A stretch of DNA of 64,000 nt from Nemertoderma westbladi (GCA_032718475.1 JAUCBJ010000065.1:1-64000), one strand, 5' to 3'. Shown: positions 23,552 to 37,132, numbered from the stretch's first letter. A program made the numbers and translations. Notes: generated by a model not told the origin, from the sequence alone.

Positions 23552-25798
23552 TTATCCGATTATGATAGGTGCCTGTGGAGGCGGGGGTTGGGGTGGTGGC
23601 GGGGGTGGAGGCGGTGGTCGTGGTTGTGGAGGTAGATGGACTATAGTGGGTCCAGGCGGATGGGGTGGTGGTGGATGAATACACTGGGGTGGGCTAGGGG
23701 GCGAGGGCGGTCTTGGGGGCACCACGACCACAATGTCCTCCTTTTTCTTCTTTCGAAGCCCACCTTCTGGGGGATTACTATATTTATTCCTTTCGCGATC
23801 GGCTCCTAAATGCATCCAACCAAGTCGCTCGCAATCCTTCACTGGTGGCACACCGGTCTGGTTTCCCTTTTTATTTTTACGTTGATTTTGATTAACGATT
23901 GTTGTAACGTCCACTGGTTCCCTGTGTTGACGCCGAGGCGAAGAATAGCTACAACGGGAGGTTGTTGGACAACCATACTGGGGTACTGGTACGGGAACAT
24001 TGTACGGGATAATAATTGGTGGTTCTGGCGGTGGCGGGGGAGGTTGTGGGGGAGGTGGTGGTGCCTGTTGTGTGGAGTTACATATAGTTTGACGGACTTG
24101 CGGGTTGGCAGTCGTGCTGGTGTTCTGGTTTGTTTTGCTGATCATTTTCTCACGTTGACAAAAACCGGAGCAGGAATCATCCATACAATAATCACAATTA
24201 AACCCAGGACAGGAGCCATCGTTGCAACTTTTACAACCAGGTACCATCTCAATATTCATATTAATATCTTTGATAGAAATGTTCCTCGGCTCCTTTTTCA
24301 AAGGATATGGCAACCCTTGTATTTCATTCATAGGCGTCAAATTATTGTGTCCCATTGGTGGATTTGACGGTTGTGAAGGAGTCAAATTAACATGATTCGG
24401 TTGGGTGGATGGCATCGAATTTGGTTGACTCAGAGGGGCTACTGTGGTAGGATAATTAACCGGTTGGATGAGTCTAGCAGGCGAAGGCCGAGTGAAACCA
24501 ACATTTTTCAGTTTTTTCGATTTTTTGGGCTTAGTATTCGATTCATCTGATTCAGATCCACTGCTTTTCCAATAAATTTCGTCTAAAGGAAAAAATGGAT
24601 GTGTTTTAGGTTCGTAATCATAGGGGGGATAGGTGGGTGGAGCATGATCCTCTACCATTTTCTTATCATACATTTCATCAAGAGGGACGAATGGATGCTT
24701 CCTTGGTTCATATTGATGAAGCGTGTCTTTAAAGTAATAGGGTTCCCCTGGCCCATGTTGGTTGTTTAGCAAGTGTTCTGCCTCATCCAGAGGTACAAAA
24801 TCAACTGTCGGAGGATTAAATCTGTATTCATCATTTAGTTTGAGAACCCTATCCCTACGTCGATTCGCGTATTTCGTATCCAGTGAGATAAATGGGATGT
24901 TTCGCTTTTCGAATTCATATTTACCCCTCTCAATGTTCCTATTCCAATATGGATCCGAATATTTTTCCTCCAAAGAATGAAAAGGGTATTCTTTGGGCCG
25001 GGGGTGGTATGTTTGGTTTTCTACCTCCCTGTTGCGATGTTGGTCACCGTACATATCCCCTAGTGGAATGAACGGCACTTGTTTTGGTTGATATCGGTGA
25101 GGAGTATTTTCCCTGTGTTGGTTGGTTTGTGTTTGGTACAACAAGTCCAAGGGCTGGAAAGGATTGGATCTTGGCTGGTATCTGTGCCTGTCTTTAACAG
25201 TTTGGGTACTGGTGCCAGTTCCCATTGTTCTGGAGACAGACAGATCATCAGTATCATCTGAGATTGTTGTATTGTTATTGGTTTCCTCAGTAGAACCATC
25301 AGACTCATCGCTCTCACAATAATCGTGACTTGTGTGGTGATGATTATATGAATGCAAGTTATGGGGATGATATTGTTCAATGAGGTGCGAATGGGATGAA
25401 TTGTGGTAGTGTGGGATCGTCTGATGTAGAGATGAGTCATTGAGATATTGCTGGTGAGACCCGATGCAGCTGAGCTGAGCTTGTGTATGCTGGTGAGTCC
25501 CGATGCAGCTTGGCTGAGCTGGTATTTGATACGAACAACCATCACCATGACAATGTGTGTTTGACGTGACATTACCTTCCATGGCCCTTATGCCACAATC
25601 ATTAGATGTAAAGGCAAAGACCCCTGGAGCCATGCCTGGGTCAAGTTCATCAAAGGCCGCTGCATCGGGTTCATTAGCTAAGAACCGTCCTACCCTACCA
25701 ACCATCCTTCTTAGACAGTCCATGGAACGTGTAAATTTGCTGGTAGGCGGTGGTGCAGCCTCAAGAACTTCATCAGTTTCGGAACTATATCTACGCAT
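23552..25798 (-). CDS. Intronless 748-aa Pro/His-rich protein with seven YxPxxxPFxPLDxxY-like repeats; function unknown
   Basis: 2.2-kb open frame starting at ATG in AT-rich DNA, no transposon motifs, and AATAAA about 170 nt past the stop on the minus strand (~23382-23387). Confidence 0.75.
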   Translation of the reverse strand: MRRYSSETDEVLEAAPPPTSKFTRSMDCLRRMVGRVGRFLANEPDAAAFDELDPGMAPGVFAFTSNDCGIRAMEGNVTSNTHCHGDGCSYQIPAQPSCIGTHQHTQAQLSCIGSHQQYLNDSSLHQTIPHYHNSSHSHLIEQYHPHNLHSYNHHHTSHDYCESDESDGSTEETNNNTTISDDTDDLSVSRTMGTGTSTQTVKDRHRYQPRSNPFQPLDLLYQTQTNQHRENTPHRYQPKQVPFIPLGDMYGDQHRNREVENQTYHPRPKEYPFHSLEEKYSDPYWNRNIERGKYEFEKRNIPFISLDTKYANRRRDRVLKLNDEYRFNPPTVDFVPLDEAEHLLNNQHGPGEPYYFKDTLHQYEPRKHPFVPLDEMYDKKMVEDHAPPTYPPYDYEPKTHPFFPLDEIYWKSSGSESDESNTKPKKSKKLKNVGFTRPSPARLIQPVNYPTTVAPLSQPNSMPSTQPNHVNLTPSQPSNPPMGHNNLTPMNEIQGLPYPLKKEPRNISIKDINMNIEMVPGCKSCNDGSCPGFNCDYCMDDSCSGFCQREKMISKTNQNTSTTANPQVRQTICNSTQQAPPPPPQPPPPPPEPPIIIPYNVPVPVPQYGCPTTSRCSYSSPRRQHREPVDVTTIVNQNQRKNKKGNQTGVPPVKDCERLGWMHLGADRERNKYSNPPEGGLRKKKKEDIVVVVPPRPPSPPSPPQCIHPPPPHPPGPTIVHLPPQPRPPPPPPPPPQPPPPQAPIIIG

Positions 25799-26114
25799 GT
25801 TACTAACTTTACAAATTCTATAAGTTTTATTTCAATATTAATTATTCTTAATTTACATAAATTCCAGATCGACAAGTTAAATATTATTGTTTCGTTCCAT
25901 TCCATTTTACAATACTACATAAACCATGTAGTGCAGGCCTGCGTCATTTTTCAAAAAATAGTACCGGTATTATATTTATCGCGTTTCGACCTCGATTATC
26001 TATAATTACAGGTCGAGAAGCCGTGCACGACCGAGGCTGATAGGGAGCTGAATTTTACAGAAACAAGATTTCTATAAGATATTTGGGAGATTTGTAATTT
26101 TTATGGCTAGAATG

Positions 26115-26665
26115 CCGTATAGCACTACATTATTAAAACATATATCATTGTTACTATGGCAACGTTGCAGAGTTCTAGAACAATATAAAAGTATTATATA
26201 CTATTCTAGAACATAACTAAAATAAAAAAATAATGTTCTAGAACATATAGCTAGTTTTTTTTTCAATTTTAATGTAGCTAGTAAATTGAATAAATTATAT
26301 ATTTTTTAAATAAATTTCTGAATACATTGAAATTAATATTGATTATAGAGCTTTTGTATACTGATGTACGGTAACTAATTAGTTTAATTATCCATTGGGT
26401 ATTGGCTTTTGTTGGCCTTTGAATCCGTTCAATATTCCTTTTCTTATCTGTCGCCTCCACATGTATTCTGTCAGTTTTTGGAGAATTTTAAAGTTATTCT
26501 ACCAATTTTAAATTTGAAAAATAAGTTAAATATTCTATAACATTATATTTTTTATTTTATAAATATTCTAGAATAGTGTGGCATAATAATTATATTTTGT
26601 TCTAGAACTCTACAATGTTGTCATGGTAACAATGATTTATGTTATAAAAATGTAGTGCTATACGG
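26115..26665. mobile_element. MITE with ~75-bp terminal inverted repeats
   Basis: CCGTATAGCACTACATT..ATCATTGTTAC.ATG.CAAC.TTG.AGAGTTCTAGAACAA at 26115-26185 is inverted at 26593-26665. No clear TSD. Confidence 0.7.
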
Positions 26666-26812
26666 ACCTGTTACTGCAATTTCACCATTTACATTTATAC
26701 GAACTACAAATTTATATGATAGCTAGTGATTTACGTATGTTTCCCTAGTATTTTTGGAACAATTTTCATTGTCATAATATCAGGAATTACTATGACCGGT
26801 ACAAGTATAGTA

Positions 26813-27745
26813 CACCATAACCCATTTTTTGCAACCATTTAATACAACAACCATTATTAGGGAGTCGGAGCCCCACCACCCCCCCCCCCCCCCCCCCCCC
26901 AAATTTTTTTCAAATTTTAATAAAATGCTACGAAATTGGGCATGATGATAGATCGACACCTTTTCTTACTGGTGGCATGGCCGGATTTTTTAATTTATGA
27001 GCTATTTCGAGACAACAAGCCGTTAAAAATCGTCTATTTCGCAATATTTAGCCACATCCGTCAGCTTTATTTTTCGTCTTTGGAATGAGATCTAGATGTC
27101 ATTAGAACCGCCTTCATCTGCAGATTCAGATTCTGAAACCTGTTGTAAATTTCACCAAGAACTTACGGAGATATTGTCAAAATACTAAGATATAAATTTT
27201 TGTGACGTAAATCGTTATAATTCTAATGTTTTTTTTACTCAATTCTAGAATATTAATTATGGGTAATGAAAAAACAAGATGGAGAGTTTTAAAAGCTCAG
27301 CTAAATAATAATTAATATTCTAGAATTTTCTAGAATCTAGAATTTTATTAAAGACAACAAAACATCAGAATTATAGCGATTTACGTCTCTAAATTTACAC
27401 ATTTAGTATTTTGATAATATCTTTACCAATTTTTGGTTAAATTTAGAACGGTTTTCAGATTCGGAATCTACAGACGAAGGCGCTTCGAATAATATCTAGA
27501 TTACATTTCAAAGACGTAAAATAAAGTCTACGGAGGTGGTTAAACATTGCTAAACAGACATTTTTTAAGGACTTGTTGTATGGATATAACTGAGAAATTA
27601 AAAAATCCGGCCAGGCCATGAAAAGGTATCGATCTATCATCATATCGAATTTCGTAGCATTTTATTGAAATTTGAAAAAATTAGGGGGGGGGGGGGGGGG
27701 GGCTCTGACCCCCTAAAAATAGTTGTTGAATTAAGGGTTATGGTG
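26813..27745. mobile_element. TA-flanked foldback MITE (Tc1/mariner-type target)
   Basis: TA|CACCATAACCC ... GGGTTATGGTG|TA. The arms are about 450 bp and imperfectly inverted, with a poly-C tract mirrored by a poly-G tract. Confidence 0.8.
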
Positions 27746-29481
27746 TATGTATGTATACAGCTACTTTGTGATAATTGTCGTCTTTTTTGGGTTTTATAGT
27801 AATTTTATTATGTTGTAGAACATTATAATTATATATTGTGTAATTATATATATTATATTATGTATTACGAATACGAAATATATTATATTGTGAATTCTAA
27901 TTGTTACGAAAGTGGATATTGCACCTCATACGTTAGTGCTTTGTTTTCAAAAAATTATTTTTATAATTTCAAATTATACCGTACTAGCTATAGTAAAAAA
28001 AAACGAAGAAACATGTGCTACCTTATTAATTAATATCTACTAATGTTCTAGAATACTACTAATAACGAAATTAAAATTTCAAAACTACGAGCTAGGTCAT
28101 AAAACAAACACTAGCTACCATAAAAAATATCTAGTAATGTTCGAGAACATTCATGAATAGCCTAAAGACAACAAAACCCCCAAATTTGCTGTGTACATAG
28201 GCCTACTATACAGTACTAGTACCCATATTTAGTGCTGGCTACATCTCATTATTTTATAAAACGCATTTAAATTTCAAAATTAAAAAAAATATATAAAAAA
28301 TCATTTAAAAATTTATAGTAATGCCAATAATATCTTCCAAAATATTTTACAAAATTATGCTACAAAAACAATTTCATCTAGAACATTATTTTTTCTTAAA
28401 ATTTATAGCTCATGTTCTAGTACATTGCACTTGTAGGTTATATGCCCAAATTTCGTAATTTTACTTGCAGGTTTTTTCTATATTGAATGTTGTTAATGTT
28501 CTAGAACATCATGTAATCTTAATATTGAAATAGATAATTATGGAACAAAATGTTTAATGTTCCAGAACATTTTAAAAGATATATAAATGCAAAGATTCTA
28601 TTTTAATAATTGTATGGATATCAATTTTTCATTTGAGCATTCCCTTGTGCACCAGATGAGCTCGCTATGCCTCTGGGCGCATCGCCTCCTTGCATCCTTA
28701 AATGGTAGCTAATAATACTGGTGTTTCCTCTGGGGAGTATTGTTCTGGGGGGACGGCACTGAACATAAGACGAAAAGGTAAGACTGTGTGCATGATCCTT
28801 ACCCTAGCAGCCACATAAAGCTTTACATTTTTTACGAAACTTTTTATAGGTGAAATGATCTGTACCTGTGAGTATAAAATGTACGCTGTTAAATTTTGTT
28901 GTGATCGAATTCTTTGTTCCCGATTTATATAAATTAATTCCCAACAGCTTATTGCGGAAAGTTACTTTGATTATTTATGATCATAACTTATTTGCAACTT
29001 ATTCTTCACCACTCGAAGCTTTTTGTCTGGCTATTATTATACAAATTTCCATGTAGCATTTCCATTAATATAGACTTTTTGGGCAGAAATAACAATGTAA
29101 TTTAATAATATGCAATCCGAATCATTGCGAATTACTTTTGAGTTTATGTACGAATGACGACTGCTTTATAATATGAATCGCCTTGACTTTGGACACAATA
29201 CCCATTGTATCAAAATTTATTTATGCCCTGTAAAAAGAAATACCTATCCACGATATTTTTAACGATATACCTGTGGTAAATTCAGGCTTATTGTGACTAC
29301 ATTTGTTGGTTTTCTCTATCTCTATTATTATTCAGTTGTGTCATCACAACAAAAAAAAATCAAAATGACAAACATAAAATTAATTGCAACATTACAGTAT
29401 AACGAGAAGATTACTTATTCTACAGTAAATATATAATATATAATAAATATAATATATTTAATTATCGCATAAATTTCCCTG

Positions 29482-32400
29482 TTATAAAAGTTCGGGAGTT
29501 TTCCAGTTCAGTATATATGTCAGCTGTTCTTTTATACGGTTGATTTGACGATGAAGGACTTGGTGAAGTTGTGGGAATGATTGCTGTACAACCCGACTGA
29601 GACCGTTGCCACACAGAGTTACGGTATAGAGAGGAGTAGGTCCCGGGGAAACCGATAAATATCCGTCGCAATCAACGTCTTCTAGGGCCCTAGGAGGAAA
29701 TACAGTAGTAATATTATGTCACTGCAGTCAAAAAATTTACTACCTTTTGGCGACATTGCGCCAGTATGTAGTTAAGTTCATCTTTACAGAGTTTATATAA
29801 CATTACCGGAATGCTGTCAAGTTTGCATTGTTTTTGAAACACAATATTCGAAATTGATTATACTAGAACTAATGCGCCTTGCGTTCAAAAACACAGTAAT
29901 TTTCACCCTCAAGTTACTACAATTGTATGACTATGGATAACTGGAACATAGTGTCTCAATTCACTTGGATTGCTGTTGTGAATCGTGTTTTCTTTGCATT
30001 GGAACTGCGGGGGGGGGGGGGGGGGGGCATCGTGCTAGACTCCGCTATTTTGATTTGTGTGGAAACTTTAGTTAACTTCAAAATGAAAACCTGAAAGTTT
30101 GACTAACAGAAATTTCAGTGCAGTTAATTTCTACTGGGTCTCCCGCATTAGCGCGACAATTCAATAAGCCCACTCAATTTGCTATTTCATTTATCAACAT
30201 ATTTCTTAATTCTTTTCTATTTAAGCTACAGAATGAAAGCGAAAATATAAAAAATTCTGACTCAACCAGTCAGAGATGAAACTAACTACTGTATGTTTCA
30301 AATTTCATGTAATCTCATTAAGATTTGTAGAAATATTGGGGGGAAGGGGTGGGGGCACCTGAATATAGACACTATATTCCAGGACAGAATGTATAACCGT
30401 AGGCAGTTTACATTGAATTAATGAAAAAAAAACGAAATGTTTCTTACATACAAATGTTTCTTGAAATGGTTCTTAATGTAAGCACTCTGTGGTAATGTTT
30501 CTTACAATGTAAGCACTCTGTGGTAATCCCATCCATTTGTTTCGCCGAGTTCACGCACCCACTCAAAGAATGCCATTGTGTTGTCGTTCTTGTTCAGGTC
30601 GGTAAGAAGTATCATCTTCAAAGGAACCCTGTCAGAATTATTGAAATAATACGATAATAATACACAAATATACGAGTATAGGTGCAGTTGTTAGTAGGCA
30701 AGCTAAAAACTCTAACTTTAATCCTGACTAAAAAATAGTTGCAAACTAAAAATGGTAGCCTATTAACTAAATAAATAACAAGAAGGGCCTTTATGGGTAG
30801 ATTCAGATTGTGGATTGAAATTTTTTGGTAGAAATAATTATTATTCAATTTATCTATATTAAATAATTTTATTTTCAAGTCGGCGTGAAATACGGCGTGA
30901 AATAAAGTAAGTACAATGATGGGCTATGAGGTGATTATATCACGGCGTGAAATAAAATAACAGTACCGGTATTATTTCAGTACGATTGTACCTTATTCTA
31001 CGATCACGCTGAGTTAAGCCTAACAGTAAGTCATTCATCACCGATACTGACAGCACAAGAATCATAGGTCGTTACCGGTACGGTACCGTACCAGTGTCAT
31101 TCATTCTGTCACTACCTACAACACCTAGTAGGCCTTATTGCCTACTTATAAAGCCTTAAGGCTGCAAGCAGTACAAGAGGTGGTTACCGGTACCGTAGAG
31201 TTCCGATGTGATATGTGATTTTTAATTAATAAAACTTCGAAATTTGAAAATAAAACGACATATTCGATTTAAATAAAGTACGTATTTCACTTTCATGCTC
31301 TCGTTTCAAATTTCACTCACTCGCTTCCACTCGTTCGTTGAAATATTACAACTCGGCCCGGCGTGAAATACAGTGGTACTTTATTTAAATCGAATATAGC
31401 GTAATTATTTATTGTATATAAATAATTTATACAATTACATATTAAATAATCCAATAAATGGTAAATGGCTACAGCTATTGTAGGCAGAGCCAGTTGGTTT
31501 TAGTTTGAAAGTCTATCTATATCCTATATTCTACATACAGTATATGAATGTAGGCCTACAGTATACCGAAAAGTTCGTTAAACAGCGCTCAAATACATCT
31601 GCAATGAAATAGGCTTTATAAGGACATGGATTATGGATATTCAATTTATGCAGGGAATGTCAAGTAAAAAATTATCCACATCTTTGCATTTTGAAATATG
31701 GCAACATTATAGAAGATGGCGTGTTTGTTTTAGTTTTAGTAATTTACCTGCATATAAATGAAGATTGAGGTCTATAAATCTTCTTTGGTTTCTCCAACCA
31801 GAAAGTTGCCAGATTATCGTTATGTATACGCTTCAATAGCAATGCATTTCCTTGTAATATCTGTATACGCGGCCAGTACCTAAAAATATCTCATTATTAA
31901 AACCCCAACTGCTATATTTTTTCCCAATGCTTTCACACATTTTAGATAGAACATCAATATAAATTATTACAGCTTTGTTTAGATGATTTAGATGGTTTAT
32001 AGCTGATTTAGGTCGTTTTTATTACTAATGTATAGTTTTTTTGTTAACTATTTGACTAACGAACACTTTCTCGCAATTTTTCGAATTATTTTGTATTGCC
32101 GGGACAAATATCATGGGAATTTCCACCACCAAATTGCGACAGAGCAAGCGAAATTTACCTTAAAAGGTAAAAATGTGTTTTAGAAATGCTCCAAAACCAA
32201 ATAAACGATACATTTTCACTCTTGAGTCGAATGTTTAATTTTCAATGAGTTCGATGCAGTTTTTAATGAAGAAACCGAATCTGTTAGCGGAGTATTAATG
32301 GTCACTCGTATAGATTCCGAGATAATCAGGTTTAAGTCTATTCAGAGTTTGTGAAGATATATTAAATTTTAATATACATGTAGGTAAATCCTGTCATTTA

Positions 32401-34503
32401 CGGTACATAATTCTTCACTTTTTTGAAGCATTATTTTTTAATATGATCGCCAAGGACCACACTGTATTTTTATATGCCTCAAGATTTTGAGTACCAGTTT
32501 TTAAATGAGTAGCCTACCAGTCTCTGATGAGTATAGTTCTGGGGGGGAGTGAAATTAAGATTTTTATACTTCGTCCCTCCATCTCTTTTATTAATTCCCT
32601 CGCAATCGCATTCATTTGGCATCCGTCAGCTTGTTTGTTCATAAAAATCGTGATCGGTAAAAGGGGAGAAATAATATAAGCTGTTTGCTTAGGGATAATC
32701 CATGCCAAACTATTTTCTGATACAGGGTGATAATGATCCACACGTCTAGTCGCTTGGAGCTACTTAAAAAGTAAGCAATTTACACATCTAAATGAGATAA
32801 CTGTGTTTGGGAAAGATCTTACAGTTGTCAAAGAAACTACTTGAGTTCGCGAACTGTCAATTTGAATGGATTGCCTACATCCGTCAGGATAATGTGAAAC
32901 AACCAGCCATAGCATTACGTTACACATCACTTCACTGCACTATATTTCAACACTCCACAACTATACGCTACACTACACTGCACATCATCATACTATACAA
33001 GACTAAACTACACTGCACTTCATCACACTACACTAGACCACACTACACTGCACTACATCACACTACACTAGACTACACTATACTGCACTTCATCACACTA
33101 CACTAGACTACACTACACTGCACTTCATAACAATACTCTAGACCACACTACACTGCTCTGCACATCACTACACAAGACTACACTACACTGCACTTCATCA
33201 CACGACACTACACTAAACGACACTGCACTTCATCACACTACACTAGACTACACTACACTGCACTTCATCACACGACACTACACTAAACGACACTGCACTT
33301 CATCACACTAGACTACACTACATTGCACTTCATCACACTGTACTGATCTGCACAACACTACCTACACTTTGCCATGGTAATCTACACTACACTGTACTGT
33401 AGTACACTATATTACACTGCACCACACTGCAGTACACTATACTATACTGCACTACATTATAGTACACTACACTACACTTCATCACACTAGATTTACTCAC
33501 ACTAACTTCCCTGCTCTGCACAATACGAAACTTTACCATGCTAAACTACACTTCACTGTAATGTACTACACTGCACTACACTATACTACATTAAACTACA
33601 CTTCATTGCTCAGCACAACTCTACACTTTGCCATACTACACTACACTACACTGCATTGCCCTGCACTGCACGGCACTGCACTGCACTGCACTGCACTGCA
33701 CTGCACTGCACTGCACTGCTCTGAAATGCACCGCATTGCACTGCACTTCCACACTAAACTGCACTACTCTGCACTGCACTACACTGCACCGCACCGCACT
33801 ACACTACAAGGAACTGCACTACACTGCACTGCACTACCGTATACTATTCTATTATACTACACTCCACTACACTATAAACTAAACTACCAATGTGCATCAT
33901 TGAAAAACACGCATTTGACGTTTTCTATATAACAGGATTTAAGGTGCAAATTTATTTCACCCAATCAAGTGAAGCCGTATTGGAGTCAAGGCTAACTAAG
34001 ATAAAGTATATCAATCCATTTTAAAAACATTTTAATGACGCGGCCAGCAAAACGCCTTTGTTATACTGGGAAACATACGGAATACTTAAAACGGTCCTGT
34101 CCGTTGAATTGGACATTAATAATGGTGCATCTGTATAATGTTTTATCTTTACCTACCTGGGTACACCATCACTCAACCCAGAACTTCTAATTAATCCTAT
34201 TTTCTTGTGATCCTCGCTTTTAATATCCTTGTGGTGTTCTAATATATCATATTTTAGAATGACTTCGTTATTATCATTAAATCCTTCAAATTTATGTTGT
34301 ACTGTGTCATAGACAGATTGTTCTATAGATGCAATATCTTTTAACGTGTCCTCAATATATCGGTAATGCATATGGGTATAGAATTGTCGTTTTTCTCTCC
34401 AACACCTGAGGCACCAATCCTTAGCATCTTCTATATATGCGACAAGTTCTTCCTCCGTATCCCATCGAGTTGATTCCAACTCAGATATTCCAGAAAGTAC
34501 ATT
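29482..34503 (-). CDS. 3' exons of a spliced host gene, product not recognised
   Basis: Phase-consistent GT-AG exons: 34503-34157, 32874-32823 (5' boundary uncertain), 32759-32518, 31879-31748, 30628-30506, 29689-29482 (stop TAA). Spliced frame: NVLSGISELESTRWDTEEELVAY...GVPR-QSIQIDSSRTQVVSLTT-LQATRRVDHYHP...IRDW-YWPRIQILQG...FICR-VPLKMILL...HRVLTL-ALEDVDCDG...WKTPELL*. Upstream exons not found. Confidence 0.8.
30880..31400. mobile_element. Intronic non-autonomous element ending in a long hairpin
   Basis: TATTCGATTTAAATAAAGTAC.GTATTTCAC ... GTGAAATAC..GTACTTTATTTAAATCGAATA (31261-31396) encloses CACTCACTCGCTTCCACTCGTTCG. CGGCGTGAAATA occurs three more times at 30881-30955. Confidence 0.5.
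32920..33885. repeat. Degenerate (CACTA/CACTG)n pentamer microsatellite, intronic
   Basis: Directly visible. Confidence 0.92.
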
Positions 34504-34953
34504 CTAGGCAAAAATATTGTATAGTATAATATATTATTAAGTAATCGTGTAGCTATTTGGCACATTTAAAAATGAAAAAATAAAAACAATTAGAAATTAT
34601 ATTCTAATAAATCCGTTGGCTTTCGCACTACAAAGTAATTACAATTTTAGGGTTGTAAATGCTACGCCGACAACCGATAACCGTTACGGAAATCAAACTG
34701 TAACCTGTGCGCTAGAACTCTCGTAACTCTCGTGAACTTTCGTATATTGTTTTGGTTAGAACAATATGCCGCGGCAACCTGTGCTTAAGGGTTGTCGGTT
34801 GTCTGATATCGGCTCCCGTCGTAGCATTTATTCGTTTATTATCTTGATGGTAAATCGAATCGAATAAACGCATATTCTGCAGTTCAGTTATATGTAGGCC
34901 TATGCCTATATATCTATATGATGTTAGATAACCACGACTTCAGAGGGATTGTG

Positions 34954-37132
34954 ATATTAATATGTAAACAATAAAATAGGACATTGGGTCTTATTCCCTC
35001 AGATACTACCTAGCATTTAGGGCCACTTGGGCCACTGTTAGTACTCAGGCACTAAGGCCCATTAAAAAACAAAATACCAAATCGCTTTTAGTGCTACATA
35101 ACCCAACCCAACGTAAGTATTGCACGAAATAGCCCCCATTTAAAAATCTGATCATTTATCTGTACATACCGGTAGGTGCTAATTGCAATAATTTTTATTG
35201 TCCGTTTAAATCACTCATGATGTCCTTTTTTTTACTTTTTATGTCCTCCAGAAATTTACCGTTAAGTTCCATGCTACCGGTTTCTCTACTGCTGTTCTCT
35301 CAGGCAATCAGTACCGGTATTAGTTTTTTTTTACTTTTTATGTCCTCCAGAAATTTACCGTTAGGTTCCATGCTACCGGTTTCGCTACTGCTGTTCTCTC
35401 AGGCTATCAGTACCGATATTAGTATATAGAAAACTATTTTGCAGTATTGCATGTACAGATGTAGGTATAAAGCAGGTATTTTAGGTATTTTAGTACTGGT
35501 ACCGGCACCGGTACTGATGTAGGCCTTCTGTGTAGCCTACCATTTAAATACTGTACTGGTAGCCCTACCGGCTGACCGGTTGTTTTGGTAAGAAAATCCC
35601 GCCTCTGTAACCTGCTCCTTTCCCTGATTTGGTAAAGTGGCCCTTTATTGTTTTGGTTAGAAAGGCCCGCCTCTGTAACCTGCTCCTTTCCCTCAATTAG
35701 TTAAATTATCGTTTATTGTTTTGGTTAGAAATTCCCGCCTCTGTAATATGCTCCTTTCCCTCAATTTGTTAAGTGATCGTTTATTGTTATAGTTAGAAAA
35801 TTCCGCCTCTGTAACCTGCTCCTTTCCCTCAATTAGTTAAGTGATCGTTTATTGTTTTGGTTAGGAAATCCCGCCTCTGTAACCTGCTCCTTTCTCTCAA
35901 TTGGTAATGTTATCGTTTATTGTTTTGGTTAGAAAAGACAATCTATAGAACCTGCTCCTTTCCTTCATTTGGTAAAGTGATTGTTTATTGTTTTGGTTAG
36001 AAAATCCCGCCTATGTAACCTGCTCCTTTCCCTGATTTGGTAAAGTGACCGTTTATTGTTTTGGTTAGAAAGGCTAGCCTCTGTAACCTGCTCCTTTCCT
36101 TCATTTGGTAAAGTGACTGTTTATTGTTTTGGTTAGAAAATCCGGCCTTAACCTGCTCCTTTCCATCAATTGGAAATTGTTTTTGGCTATAAAATGAGTG
36201 TTTTGCTACGTCATGTGGTAATCGATTATCGACAACAACCACAAACTATTAAAGTTATAGTCTTTTAGCACAGGCGCATATGGAAATCTATCTCATCGTC
36301 TATAAATCATGGAATTTTGAATGTTTTGGCACAGGCATATTGAAACCAACTGTCCGACAGACCAGAAATCAACAAATTTTGAATGTTTTGGCATACTGTA
36401 GGCATGTTGAAATCAACTATCTGACAGTCCAGAAATCAGCAGTCTGACAGTTTGAAGAAATGCATACATAAAAAGGATAACAAAAGTCATTAAAGGGACA
36501 ACAAAAGTCGTTATGCACAATTCGTAAAAAAGGGAGGACAAAATAAGTCAAATAAAAGGACCTAAAAAATCACTGTCCTAATTGGGTTTGGTTGAATTCA
36601 GTGGGGAATCATGTTTATGCATTTGGGGCTGATGGTAACATACAACTGTACATTGGGGGTGGGTGGTTTCAACTCGGTTTGGTGGTACGGTAGGATTTCT
36701 AATTTATTGGTCATTGTCTTAATTTAGTGGTGCAGTTATGTCAGGGTAGGGGTGGGGTTCGTGGCACACTGCAGATGAGGAGAACCACGAATCCCAGGGT
36801 TCAGTGTTTAAATCTCCGAAACCCTTTCATTTTTATAAAATTTATTACTTAGACTTACCTTATCGGCGGACAAAATGTCCTATATTTTTCATAATTTAAG
36901 GAATAACCTATTTCGTGCAATACTTACCGGAACCTGTAGTTACTGTATGGTTTGGTGTAGTTTTTCTTGTGGTAGTTGGGTTGGGATATGTAGCACTAAA
37001 TCGATTTGGTATTTTGTTTTTTAATGGGCCTTAGTGCCTGAGTACTAACAGTGGCCCAAGTGGCCCTAAATGCTAGGTAGTATCTGAGGGAATAAGACCC
37101 CATGTCCTATTTCATTGTATACATATTAATAT
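34954..37132. mobile_element. ~2.2-kb non-autonomous DNA element with ~180-bp TIRs and internal tandem repeats
   Basis: 34954-35131 is the reverse complement of ~36908-37132, with an insertion in the right arm. Inside are a 99-bp duplication (35226-35425), a 68-bp unit x~9 (35578-36190) and a ~65-70-bp unit x3 (36260-36440). Confidence 0.8.

Noticed and set aside
29462-29671. ORF-track 69-aa protein
   Set aside because: The splice-consistent coding frame of this exon is a different one (ALEDVDCDG...PELL*).
32807-33932. Plus-strand His/Thr/Leu-rich ORFs
   Set aside because: Translations of the (CACTA)n microsatellite.
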